From NCBI GenBank assembly GCA_003225055.1, contig QIAU01000167.1, positions 7,259 to 71,258 on the forward strand: a DNA stretch of 64,000 bases, in the 5' to 3' direction. Position numbers and translations under genes: made by a program. A model generated the notes under the pieces. The model did not search any database. It was given only the letters and a program-made list of their open reading frames with translations, and had not been told where the DNA came from. Of this stretch, positions 48,874 to 58,240 are shown piece after piece (within the stretch, counting starts at the first letter, position 1; each line of letters opens with the position of its first letter). The stretch comes from Acidobacteriota bacterium. GTDB taxonomy: Bacteria > Acidobacteriota > Terriglobia > Terriglobales > Acidobacteriaceae.

Positions 48874-49797
48874 ATGATCGAGAAGATCAGCTGGCATGGC
48901 TGGAAGAACGTTTACCGCTTCTGGAACCGAGCCGTTCAGCTCCTCGTGTTGGCCGACGTCGGCCCACGGGTTATCAAGTATGGATTCGAGGGCGACGACA
49001 ACGTGCTTTGCGAAGTCGATTCCGATTCCGGTTTTAGCGGCGGAAATGACTTCCGACTGTATGGTGGTCACCGGCTCTGGGTATCGCCCGAGGTAGAGCG
49101 CACTTACTTTCCGGACAACTGCGCTGTTCAGACCGAACGGGATGGGTCTCGTGTTCGCTTTACTGCTCCAGTGGAAAACGTCGTGCCGGGAACCAATCTC
49201 CAGAAGGAACTGGAGGTCGAATTGGAGGATCGCGGTTCTCGTGTACACCTGCGGCATCGGATCACGAACCATGACAACAGGCCCACGGAGCTGGCGCCGT
49301 GGTGCCCAACCATGATGCGGGCCGGCGGACGCGCCATACTTCCCTTGCCGCCGAGAATTGCCATGGACAAAGCCCATTACCTGCCCGTCGGTCCGATGAC
49401 GCTGTGGTCCTTCACCGATCTGGCAGATCCTCGTTGGCATTTTGGAACCGAATACATTCAGCTCGAGCAGCAAGCCGAGCCGGCGGTCCGGTTCGAGGAG
49501 CAGATGACGGGCATTTTTAATCCCTCCGGCTGGGGAGCATACTTCTCAAGTGGCCTGTTATTTGTCAAGCGAGCCAGCGTCATCGCCGGTGCAACCTATC
49601 CGGATTTCGGCTGCAACTTTGAAGTGTTCACGAATCGCATGTTTCTGGAACTGGAAACACTCGGCCCGAGTGTGCGGTTGGAACCGGGCGAGCAAACCAC
49701 CCACACAGAAACGTGGCAACTGTATTCAAAGGTACCTCCAGGCCAGGATGAACAATGGATCCGCTCGGCCATATTGCCTTTGGTCAATGCTTCGTGA
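48874..49797 (+). CDS. Hypothetical protein (308 aa), possibly a sugar-binding beta-sandwich / mutarotase-like fold
   Basis: Good coding signal and no recognisable catalytic motifs. Tightly linked to the aminotransferase, starting 11 nt after its stop. Confidence 0.5.
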   Translation: MIEKISWHGWKNVYRFWNRAVQLLVLADVGPRVIKYGFEGDDNVLCEVDSDSGFSGGNDFRLYGGHRLWVSPEVERTYFPDNCAVQTERDGSRVRFTAPVENVVPGTNLQKELEVELEDRGSRVHLRHRITNHDNRPTELAPWCPTMMRAGGRAILPLPPRIAMDKAHYLPVGPMTLWSFTDLADPRWHFGTEYIQLEQQAEPAVRFEEQMTGIFNPSGWGAYFSSGLLFVKRASVIAGATYPDFGCNFEVFTNRMFLELETLGPSVRLEPGEQTTHTETWQLYSKVPPGQDEQWIRSAILPLVNAS

Positions 49798-49917
49798 TCG
49801 CGCTCCGCGTGGGCCTTCTTTTGCGGGTAACGAAGAACAGTTCGCCACAAAAGATGCACAAAGGTACACAAAGCAAAGGCTCGATTTCGCGCTATATGTT
49901 GTGCACTGGGAGGAGAA

Positions 49918-51732
49918 ATGGGCGATGCATCTCGCCGTACTTGCGGGTCGTTGTTTGTCATCTTCTTCACCCTTCTTGCATTCGTAGTTCTACCCCTCGC
50001 CATGGCGCAGCAGCCTCGGCACGTGCCTGATCACGTTCCGCCCAAGCGATCGTCCCAGATCCAGGACGGCTTCGGAATCAATTCCGACCTGCCGCGCGAT
50101 CCTCATCTCCCCTGGGACCGCTGGTGGTGGACCCGCATGTTCGACGCGGGATTTAAGTGGATTCGTATCGGGCAGTACGAGAACAGTTCAGACTATACCA
50201 GCTGGGATTGGATCGAGCAGAAGCGCGGCGTCTACGCTGCCTCTCCTTTACTAGAAGATGCAGTTGATTCGCTGGTGGACAATGGGATGGATGTCCAGGT
50301 CCAACTTCTTTATGGCAATATGATGTATACGTCGCCTAGCGGCAAACTGCCCGACGTGAGCACTCCCGAGCCGGGCTCGTTCCACAACGACGATCGAAGC
50401 CTGTACTCCGTGTTCTGGGCGCCAACGTCGCCTGAGCAAATCGCCGCTTTCAACAAATACGTTGCATGGATGGTCGATCACTTCCGTGATCGCATTCACT
50501 ACTGGGCCTTGTGGAACGAGCAGGACATCGGTTATTGGAACCCCTGGGGCAATCCCGAGCAGTACGGCCGCTTGCTGGCTCCGTTTATCGAGACCGTGCA
50601 CAAAACTGATCCGAAGGCAAAGGTGATCTACGGGGGACAGGCCGATCCCAGCCGCGAATTCACGCAGAAGGCTCTGGATACCTGTAAGTGCGCGTCCGGG
50701 ATCGATGTCTACGCCTACCACACCTATCCAGGCTACGGACAGAACCTGAATCCCGAATCGATGGATTACGGAGCCTACCTGACCGAGTCGCCACGTCAAT
50801 TGCGCGACCTCGTGACCCATTACCCGGGAATCAGCCCGAGCATTCCCTTCTTCGATGACGAGTTCAACTCGATCCCGTCGTGGATCGGCTCCGACGAATC
50901 CGTGCAAGCCAAGTACGTGCCGCGCGGCTTTGTCTACAACCTGGCAGCGGGCGTAAAGACGTTTGTGTGGCTGCTTACGGCAGGAAGCGATGGCAACGAG
51001 TACGACGACTTCGGTATTGTTCACGGTCTCACCAATCATGCCTCGGACTGGACGCCGCGGCCTGTGTTCTACGCGTTGCAGAACACGAATGCGCTGTTTT
51101 CCGACACGAAGTTCGATCCGTCGATCGGAATTTCCGGTCCCGACCTGCCAGCTCTGCGCCGTCACACCGGCTTTCCCTTCATGGGATACGGGTTTCGAAA
51201 TCACAACGGGAAAGCGATTGTTGCCTATTGGCTGGCGGCGCATAGCCAGCCGGGCAACGTCTTTCCGCCTCTTTATGCCACCCTGTCGCTGAAGAATACC
51301 GGGATTACGCGTCCGGTGGTCATCGACGTTGTCTCTGGCGAAATTAAGCCAGTGGAGTGGAAGCCGGGCGCGACCGATACCCTTGATATGCTGCCGGTGA
51401 AAGACAGCATCATCGCGATTGCTGACGAAAATTACTTTGATTGGCCGCTCCTGCCCGAAGCGCCCAGCTCCCTAGAAGCGGCCGTGAGCGGCACTAGCAC
51501 TAAGCTGACGTGGGATGTGCATGGCGGCGATCCCAATAATGTCATCGTTGAACGCAAGATTTGGGGCTCGGATGGCGATCGCTGGGAGAGGCTCACGACC
51601 CTGCCGGCTACGGCCAAGGACTACACAGATTCGAGCCTGAAGAGAGGCCAGAGGGCGGCGTATCGCATACGGGCGACGACTACGAACGGCACATCTGCAT
51701 ACTCGAACATCGTAAGAGTCACATTGAAATAG
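49918..51732 (+). CDS. Secreted TIM-barrel glycoside hydrolase (clan GH-A-like, WNEQD acid/base motif) with C-terminal fibronectin-III-like domain
   Basis: 604 aa. GGAGG Shine-Dalgarno. Signal peptide. YWALWNEQDIGYW resembles the NEP acid/base strand of GH5/GH39-type enzymes. The C-terminal SSLEAAVSGTSTKLTWDV...YRIRATTTNGTSAYS is FN3-like. Confidence 0.6.
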   Translation: MGDASRRTCGSLFVIFFTLLAFVVLPLAMAQQPRHVPDHVPPKRSSQIQDGFGINSDLPRDPHLPWDRWWWTRMFDAGFKWIRIGQYENSSDYTSWDWIEQKRGVYAASPLLEDAVDSLVDNGMDVQVQLLYGNMMYTSPSGKLPDVSTPEPGSFHNDDRSLYSVFWAPTSPEQIAAFNKYVAWMVDHFRDRIHYWALWNEQDIGYWNPWGNPEQYGRLLAPFIETVHKTDPKAKVIYGGQADPSREFTQKALDTCKCASGIDVYAYHTYPGYGQNLNPESMDYGAYLTESPRQLRDLVTHYPGISPSIPFFDDEFNSIPSWIGSDESVQAKYVPRGFVYNLAAGVKTFVWLLTAGSDGNEYDDFGIVHGLTNHASDWTPRPVFYALQNTNALFSDTKFDPSIGISGPDLPALRRHTGFPFMGYGFRNHNGKAIVAYWLAAHSQPGNVFPPLYATLSLKNTGITRPVVIDVVSGEIKPVEWKPGATDTLDMLPVKDSIIAIADENYFDWPLLPEAPSSLEAAVSGTSTKLTWDVHGGDPNNVIVERKIWGSDGDRWERLTTLPATAKDYTDSSLKRGQRAAYRIRATTTNGTSAYSNIVRVTLK

Positions 51733-52003
51733 CTGCGCCAGCATCCCGATATCCTGTCCCGAGCGCCGGCGTCCTGCGCTGAAGAAATCGCCTCTCGTCA
51801 GTTCTCTGCCTCCCCGCATACGGCAAAGTCTCCCTGGGACGTGAACACTGGCGAACTGCCCGGCGAAAAATGGCGTTGTCGTCCACGATCAAAACGGTTT
51901 TTGGACGAGCCTTGTCCGTGTCGGAATCACATTTGTGGGTTTGAAGTCTGATTGCGAATCCGCCCGCCAGTCTGTGGTCGCCGTGCGATGATCTAGGAAG
52001 GAC

Positions 52004-52705
52004 CTAGAACGAGATCCGTCCCGACACCTGAATGTCCCTCGGCGAGCTCACGCTTCCATTCCATTTTCCAAAGTCTGGGCTTGCAACATCGGTGTTGAAT
52101 GCGCTTCCGCCCAGTCCACTGGATTGAATAAAGGCGCCGACAGTATTGAAGTGGTGCGCATTGAAAACGTTAAATGCGTCTCCTCGCATCTGGAATGTAA
52201 ACCGCTCGGTGATGTGAATTGACTTCGCCAGGCCGATGTCGAAATCACTATAGCCCGGCTGCCGGAAATTCTGAACCCGCGGCCCCTTGCCTGTATAGAA
52301 GTTAAAGCCAGCGGCGGGTTCGAACGCGTTCACGTTTAGCACAGGCATGCTTGGGTCGAAATGGGTGGGCGACTGCAGAAATGGGGACGCACCGGACAGC
52401 AATGCCGGCGAGCAGAAGCTTATGAACTGTAATGGTACGTTGCAATTGGAAGATGAAATCTGGAATGGAATTCCAGACTGGACGCGGTACACTCCGTTGA
52501 ACGTCCAGCCGCCAAACACTGCGCTTAATGGGCCGCTGTGGCTCAACCAAGGTTTGCCATGCCCGAGCGGAAATTCGTAGCTGTACGCAATGTTAAGCGC
52601 CTGCGGAACATCTTCGATCGCCAGCGATTTATTGCGAGACGATTCGTATGGAGAAAAGTATGTGGGATTCAAAAGGCTTTCAGCGTTATCCGCATTGGTG
52701 ATCAA
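52004..52705 (-). pseudogene. TonB-dependent receptor 3' fragment (C-terminal ~233 aa of the barrel only)
   Basis: Ends in a typical C-terminal Phe (…RDIQVSGRISF) and shares the YEFPLGHGKPW...GGWTFNGVYRVQSG barrel motifs with the two intact TonB-dependent receptors. The frame is closed upstream (TTG pseudo-start). No plug or N-domain is present. Confidence 0.6.
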
Positions 52706-52809
52706 CCCGGAGAATGTGCCGAGAGTCTACGACTTCGATAGCGCTTGGTTCCGGGTGACCGGGTTTCTACTGCAGTTTGTTCGTCATGGCATTAAGCTTT
52801 TTCAGCATC

Positions 52810-53015
52810 TTAGCCGCTTCCACACGAATTCAAGAGTTTGTAGCACTCCACCCTTCAAGATCCGCGGCGTGAGACGGTCGTTCTGGAGCTTCACAGAGCC
52901 GGGTGACGGCCTCGGTGAGCGCCAGCGCCGCGCGTTCGGCACCGGTGAAGTAGAGTGCCTCGCCAGGCCGACACTGCGAAGATACGCTCATCTGTTTCGC
53001 GGAGGCCACCCCTCC
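52810..53015 (-). repeat. Direct-repeat copy 2 (~206 bp) encoding a conserved 52-aa AhpD/CMD-like C-terminal peptide
   Basis: See copy 1. It encodes MSVSSQCRPGEALYFTGAERAALALTEAVTRLCEAPERPSHAADLEGWSATNS followed by a stop. Located between the DinB-like gene and the TonB-dependent receptor fragment. Confidence 0.8.
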
Positions 53016-53050
53016 CCACCCCATCGTTCGGATCTTGAACAGAGGTCCGA

Positions 53051-53662
53051 TTATTGTTTGGGAAAATTCGGATCGGCCTTCACTTCCAGGATCTGTAGTG
53101 TGTGCCGCCTCGTGTGCCCGGAAATCAGCAACACCCATTGATACGCATCGAGGGTCCCAATCGCCGGCACGGGATGGTCGAACACGTGATCGCGCAAATC
53201 CTCCTGCGTCGTCTTGACGAAGTCTTCGATCCTCGCGTGGCTGTCCAGGATCGCCTTGACCGATTCCTCGGGTTTCATTGGCTTCTTGGTCGGATCAATC
53301 TGCTCTGGCGCCGTCGCTTTGTGGCTGCGGTCTTGCATCATCTTCACGACAAGCTCGTCCTTGCCTTTGGTTGCTTCCCGCTTTTCGGGAGTCGCAGGAC
53401 TCTTCAGTATCTGGTCGGTTACCAGACCAAATACAAACCCTTCGCTAAGCGCGATATGATTCGCGCATTCCGCCACCGACCAGCGCTCGGGCGACGGCTT
53501 GAAGTTCCATTGCGCCGCCGAAAGCCCCCTAGTCGCGTCCAGAAACATTTTCTTCGAGCCTTCTAGCTCTGCGACTGCCTTATCCCGCTCTTCTTGCGTC
53601 AGCGTTGTCGTTGCAGGCGCTGCCGCCAGAAAGATTGCTACTGCCAACACAATACTCTTCAT
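53051..53662 (-). CDS. DinB/YfiT-like (DinB_2) putative metal-dependent protein, secreted
   Basis: 203 aa. Signal peptide MKSIVLAVAIFLAAAPA. His-containing DinB_2 motifs (ECANHIALSEGF, ISGHTRRHTLQI). Confidence 0.7.
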   Translation of the reverse strand: MKSIVLAVAIFLAAAPATTTLTQEERDKAVAELEGSKKMFLDATRGLSAAQWNFKPSPERWSVAECANHIALSEGFVFGLVTDQILKSPATPEKREATKGKDELVVKMMQDRSHKATAPEQIDPTKKPMKPEESVKAILDSHARIEDFVKTTQEDLRDHVFDHPVPAIGTLDAYQWVLLISGHTRRHTLQILEVKADPNFPKQ

Positions 53663-55349
53663 CGCGTTCTCCCCTCAGAACATTTGACTTGGTCTCAATG
53701 GATTTGCCATTTTACTTCACGCGAACATAGGTCACGTCCCCGTAAAAGCGTCCCCCTCGAAGAATTTGCTGGTTTCGCCAGTGGGCGTCAGCGGGACGTT
53801 CGCCGGCTTGAGGACAACCGGGAACCCTCCAATGATGAACCGTACCGATTCCAGAGCGGCAGCATTCAGTAGTCTGGATCGCCCACTGAGAGCAGTGAGA
53901 AAACAGTGAAGGTCCTGGCGGGGCCGATCAGAGTAACGGCACCATGGCCCAGTTATCTTGTTTTCTCCACGTCAGATCCAGAAAATGTTCAAGAAACGTC
54001 ACAAGAAGCATCCGAATGCCAAGTGGTGGGCGCGGGGGTGTTGGTGCCGCTGGCGGGTTGTCAGTCCCCAAAGGCGTATTGACATCGACTTGGCTCTACT
54101 AGCTAAGCTAGAGCCTGCCAGGAGCTACGCCAAGAGGCCGAGGAGCACATCCACCAGCTGGCCGCGTCGCTTCCATTAAACAGTGGGCTTCGTCTGTTGC
54201 TGGACGAGGGCATGCGAGGCGACGGCATTCGTTATCCGTGGATGGATGACCTGCGCAGGGAGGGCATAAAGCTTGCTGAGTTTTACCTTCGAGTTTGCAT
54301 GGGCTCAACATGGCAAGGAGCCGAAGGATTGGCACCCCGTGCGGGTAAGGTACTGGCATGACCTTTCCCGGCCGGCGAAGCCGGAGTTATTGAAAAATGT
54401 GAGCGACATCACTAAACTGCCAGGACGCACGCGCGCAGACTATGGGCTGTCCGTGGCCTTGAGTCCATCGGACCCTCCCCCAGAACTGCCGATGTGACCG
54501 CCACGGAAAAGGAAGGCGAACAGCAAAGCGTTCTCCGTGGAAGTCGCTTTCGTCGCCTCCCTTTGAAAGCTAGCTTCAGTTGCCGGAGGTGGCCCGAACC
54601 CCACATACAAGCCTTTATCCACTCAGCTCGGCAGCGAGCAGCGCAAAAAGTAAGGATGCCTGAGTTCACAGGAAAGGCATTGCCCACGCTTCAGACAGCC
54701 TGTGAGAATCCTGCAAGTCGCCCAACGCAGCTGTCCTGACAGTCCGCCGTCAGGGTCGTCCTTGTCCAAAACGAAAGCGCCCCCGGCTCATTGAGCCGTG
54801 AGGCGCTCGTCGAACAGCCCTCCCCAGAACTGCTCGCCGACAAAGTAGCTGCCCCCCTGAAAACGGTAAATGGCACAAAGGTGATCAGCACATAGCACCG
54901 GTCGGCTAAGGTTTTGGCCGTACAGCGGATCGGAGCATTGACTCTGCCTGGGCCAGCGTTTTGGGCCAACGTTATTGCCAAGCAGCGCACGCCAACTGCT
55001 TGTTTGGGGCTCAGGACTGCAAATCGCCCGCTGCCCGGCGGCTTTCTGCGTGAATCACATTCGGCAGATGCTGCTGGAAACTGAGGTGAGGCTTGTCGTT
55101 CTTGCTAAGGTTGGCTAACTACTCGCCGACAGGTTGGCCATTTAGCCTGCATTATTCATGAAAAGGCATGGAAAGTGGGAGAGCGGAGAATTTTTCCCGA
55201 GTACGCAACGAGTTTGCGATAGGGGGGCAGAATTTCCTGAGACGGGAAGTCTGATTCCAAAATAGTTAGCAAGGATCTTGCAGGGCAGTGACACACCTCG
55301 CGTAAGAGTGTAGATGAGGCTTCGTTCCCGGTTGGGGAAAGTGGGAAAC

Positions 55350-55700
55350 TTACCCGCTTTGTGCACCTAAATTCAAGGCGAGACGATGCAAGCTTGCCTG
55401 ATCGGGGAAGGCTTGCGGAAAATGCAACACGATGCGACGTGCCGAGACCACGACGTGAACTGCGATCTTCAACAAGCGCAACCGCAAGGTTGAGACCTGC
55501 GCCCGCGCATATTCGGTGCCCGCCAGACGCAAGCGCAACTCCTGCATCAGCACGTAGGCCGCGGCGGTCATCAGAACGCGAAACTGGTTGGCCCAGAAAC
55601 GGCTGCAGCTGGTGCCCTCGATCTGCATTCCGTGATGCAGTTCACCGAGAATCGCTGAAAGTTGCAATACGCTGTAGCTGTAATCACAAACGGCTAGCAA
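55350..55700 (-). mobile_element. IS1380-like DDE transposase, C-terminal fragment
   Basis: FWANQFRVLMTAAAYVLMQELR matches the conserved C-terminal motif of IS4/IS1380-group transposases. The N-terminal ~300 aa are missing because the flotillin gene occupies that space. Confidence 0.45.
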
Positions 55701-57854
55701 TTGCGCTTGACGTACGATCCAAGAAGTAAGAGAGTGAGGGCATTCTGGGCCACAATTGACTGCTCATGCGAAGGTAGCGAGGTCGTAATGCCCCCGATGA
55801 TTCTCATAAGCCATCCGTGGTATTCCCTGCTCGTCGTCGCGATTATCTTTGTTGTGTTCCAATCGTTTCGCCGTATTGGCCCGACCGACGTCGGCCTAGT
55901 GACTAAGCGCTTTGCCTGGAAAAAGCTGTCCGCGGACAGCCCGGTGGCCTTCGACGGCGAAGCCGGTTATCAGGCCGATCTGCTCATGCCAGGTCTGCGC
56001 TGGAAACTGTGGTTGGTCTATTCCGTCGACAAGTATCCCTGGGTTCAGGTTCCGGCCGGTGAAATCGGCGTGGTGATCGCGCAGGTCGGAAACCCCCTGC
56101 CTATCGGGGCCAAGTCCGCGGTTTACCGTAAGGAATTCGGCAACTTCACCGAGCTCAGAACGTTTGTGACGAGAGGCGGGCAGAAGGGCGTGCAACGGCC
56201 TGTGCTCCCGCCAGGAACACTGGCGCCCATCCACCCGGTAGGCTTCCTGGTTATCACTAAGAATCAGGTGTACGGCGTTCCAGTTTCGCCGGAGCTACGC
56301 AGCAAGAGTGTCAAGGGCGGTACTCTGCTGCCTGGGGCTTTCGGACTCCAGCCGGAACAGTTGGAACTGATGCGCATTGTGCCCCAGCCCCGTGGCAAAG
56401 AGGGCGGCACTGCGGACATGATTGGCATCGTGACCGTCTACGAAGGGGATCCGCTGCCTTCCAGCGACATCGCCAACCGTCTGGGTGGCTTCGACGACGT
56501 GGATAAGCTCGAGCGCGGGGGCTCCAGCGATGCCGAGATCATGGAGAAGCTGTTGGGCAGCAAAAATGATCTCCACAACAACTTTCAGGATTACCAGGCG
56601 TTTCTCGATAACGGCGGACGCATTGGCTTGCAGCACGACCCCCTGCTCTACGGCGCCTACGCGCTAAATCCGTTTCTCGTCAGCGTCGAGCTGGTGCCGA
56701 TGCTGGTGGTCAAGCAGGGTCAGGTGGCGGTGATCAAGGCCTACGTCGGGCTAGTGACCCAGGACACATCCGGCGAAGAGTTCAAATACGGGTCGCTCGT
56801 GCGGCCGGGCCATCGCGGTGTCTGGCAAGAGCCGCTACGCACCGGCAAATATCCACTGAATCCCCGCTGCTATGAGCCGGAGATCGTCCCCACGGCCATC
56901 CTCAACTTGAACTGGGCCGATGCGGTGTCGGAGGCGCACAGCCTCGATGCGCAGTTGCAGCAAATCGTGGCTAAGAGCAATGAGGGTTTTGTGTTCAAAA
57001 TCGATCTGCAGGTACAGATTCACGTTCCAGACACGAAGGCGCCACGCGTAATCTCCATGGTGGGCACCATGCGCAACCTGGTGAACGAAGTCCTGCAAGC
57101 AGCGGTGGGCAACCATTTCCGCGACAACCTTCAGGGCATGCCCGCCATCCGTTTTATCGAAACGCGCAGGCAAGTGCAGGAAGAGGCTTTCCGGCACATC
57201 CGCGAACAGCTCGAGCAATACCAGGTGGAGACCAAGGGCGTGTACATCCAGGACGTCATCCTGCCGGAAGACCTCGTCACAGTGTTGACTCATCGGGAGA
57301 TCGCCAATCAGGAGATCGAAACATTCCGCAAGCAGCGCGCGGCACAGGACCAGCGCATTGAGATGGAGCAAGCGAAGGGCACAGCGGACATGCAGGCGGA
57401 TTTGGCCCGCTCTAAAGTTGGCGTTACCATCAAGAAGAACAACGCCGATGGGCGTGTGGCCGAGGCGGCCGGCGAAGCGGCGTACATCCGCGAAACTGGT
57501 ACGGCGAAAGGCGCGGAGGTCGAGGCGGTCGGCCTGGCGCGCGCAAAAGGTTTCCAGGCACAGGTCAACGCGCTTGGCCCGAATGCAACGGCGCTGGTAA
57601 ACGTCGTCGCCGCTCTGTCGGAAGGCCGGGCGAAATTTGTGCCTGATATTCTGGTGACCGGAGGCAACGGTTCAAGCGCACTCGAAGGCTTAGCTGCCAC
57701 GGCCATGCGATTCCTCAGCACTGGCTCAGGAAAGGGTACGCAATCGATGCCTCCCGATCCTGCCGAATCGCCGACGCGAGCAACAAGTGCCGCCCCAGCC
57801 ACAATGCCGATCCCGCCGAGCGCCCAGGAGAAACCGCCGCACCTCGCAAAGTAA
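55701..57854 (+). CDS. Flotillin/SPFH (band-7) domain protein, YqiK-like, long form
   Basis: Probable start MPPMILISHPWYSLLVVAIIFVVF (TM anchor, near 55788), then an SPFH domain (GPTDVGLVTKRF...), a long coiled-coil region (EIETFRKQRAAQDQRIEMEQAKGTADMQADLARSK) and a Pro/Ala/Ser-rich tail. Confidence 0.8.
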   Translation: MRLTYDPRSKRVRAFWATIDCSCEGSEVVMPPMILISHPWYSLLVVAIIFVVFQSFRRIGPTDVGLVTKRFAWKKLSADSPVAFDGEAGYQADLLMPGLRWKLWLVYSVDKYPWVQVPAGEIGVVIAQVGNPLPIGAKSAVYRKEFGNFTELRTFVTRGGQKGVQRPVLPPGTLAPIHPVGFLVITKNQVYGVPVSPELRSKSVKGGTLLPGAFGLQPEQLELMRIVPQPRGKEGGTADMIGIVTVYEGDPLPSSDIANRLGGFDDVDKLERGGSSDAEIMEKLLGSKNDLHNNFQDYQAFLDNGGRIGLQHDPLLYGAYALNPFLVSVELVPMLVVKQGQVAVIKAYVGLVTQDTSGEEFKYGSLVRPGHRGVWQEPLRTGKYPLNPRCYEPEIVPTAILNLNWADAVSEAHSLDAQLQQIVAKSNEGFVFKIDLQVQIHVPDTKAPRVISMVGTMRNLVNEVLQAAVGNHFRDNLQGMPAIRFIETRRQVQEEAFRHIREQLEQYQVETKGVYIQDVILPEDLVTVLTHREIANQEIETFRKQRAAQDQRIEMEQAKGTADMQADLARSKVGVTIKKNNADGRVAEAAGEAAYIRETGTAKGAEVEAVGLARAKGFQAQVNALGPNATALVNVVAALSEGRAKFVPDILVTGGNGSSALEGLAATAMRFLSTGSGKGTQSMPPDPAESPTRATSAAPATMPIPPSAQEKPPHLAK

Positions 57855-58240
57855 CTTTCCCTTCCACAGGTGCCAGGGTGAAGCGTCTGGATAGACGAGC
57901 GGCTCCGCTGACGAGCCAGCGATTGAGCAGTTCGGCAATCGCCGGATTCGAATAGGACTCACGCCCTATTACTTTGAGGAAGCCTGTTGCTTCACGAACG
58001 ACTTTGCATCCTCGATCTCCGATTGGAGTTCCTTCCCGCTAGATCCTCTTCCTCCCAAGCAGCGTGGTTCTGGCTCAATTTGCCTTTTGCGCCATCCCGC
58101 ATATAATCCCGCGACACGCAGGGTGGAATTGTGGCTTCGGTCCAGACCCAGGCGGCCCGTCCGCAAAGGTGCGGGCGGCTTCCGGCGGCTTCCGCTTCCG
58201 AGATGTGGATCACATGATCAGCCATGGCGCGATTATATCG

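Noticed and set aside
54780-54900. Minus-strand peptide …CADHLCAIYRFQGG reminiscent of UvrD helicase motif III
   Set aside because: The match is short and degenerate, is followed immediately by a stop, and has no flanking helicase motifs. It is treated only as part of the decayed tract.
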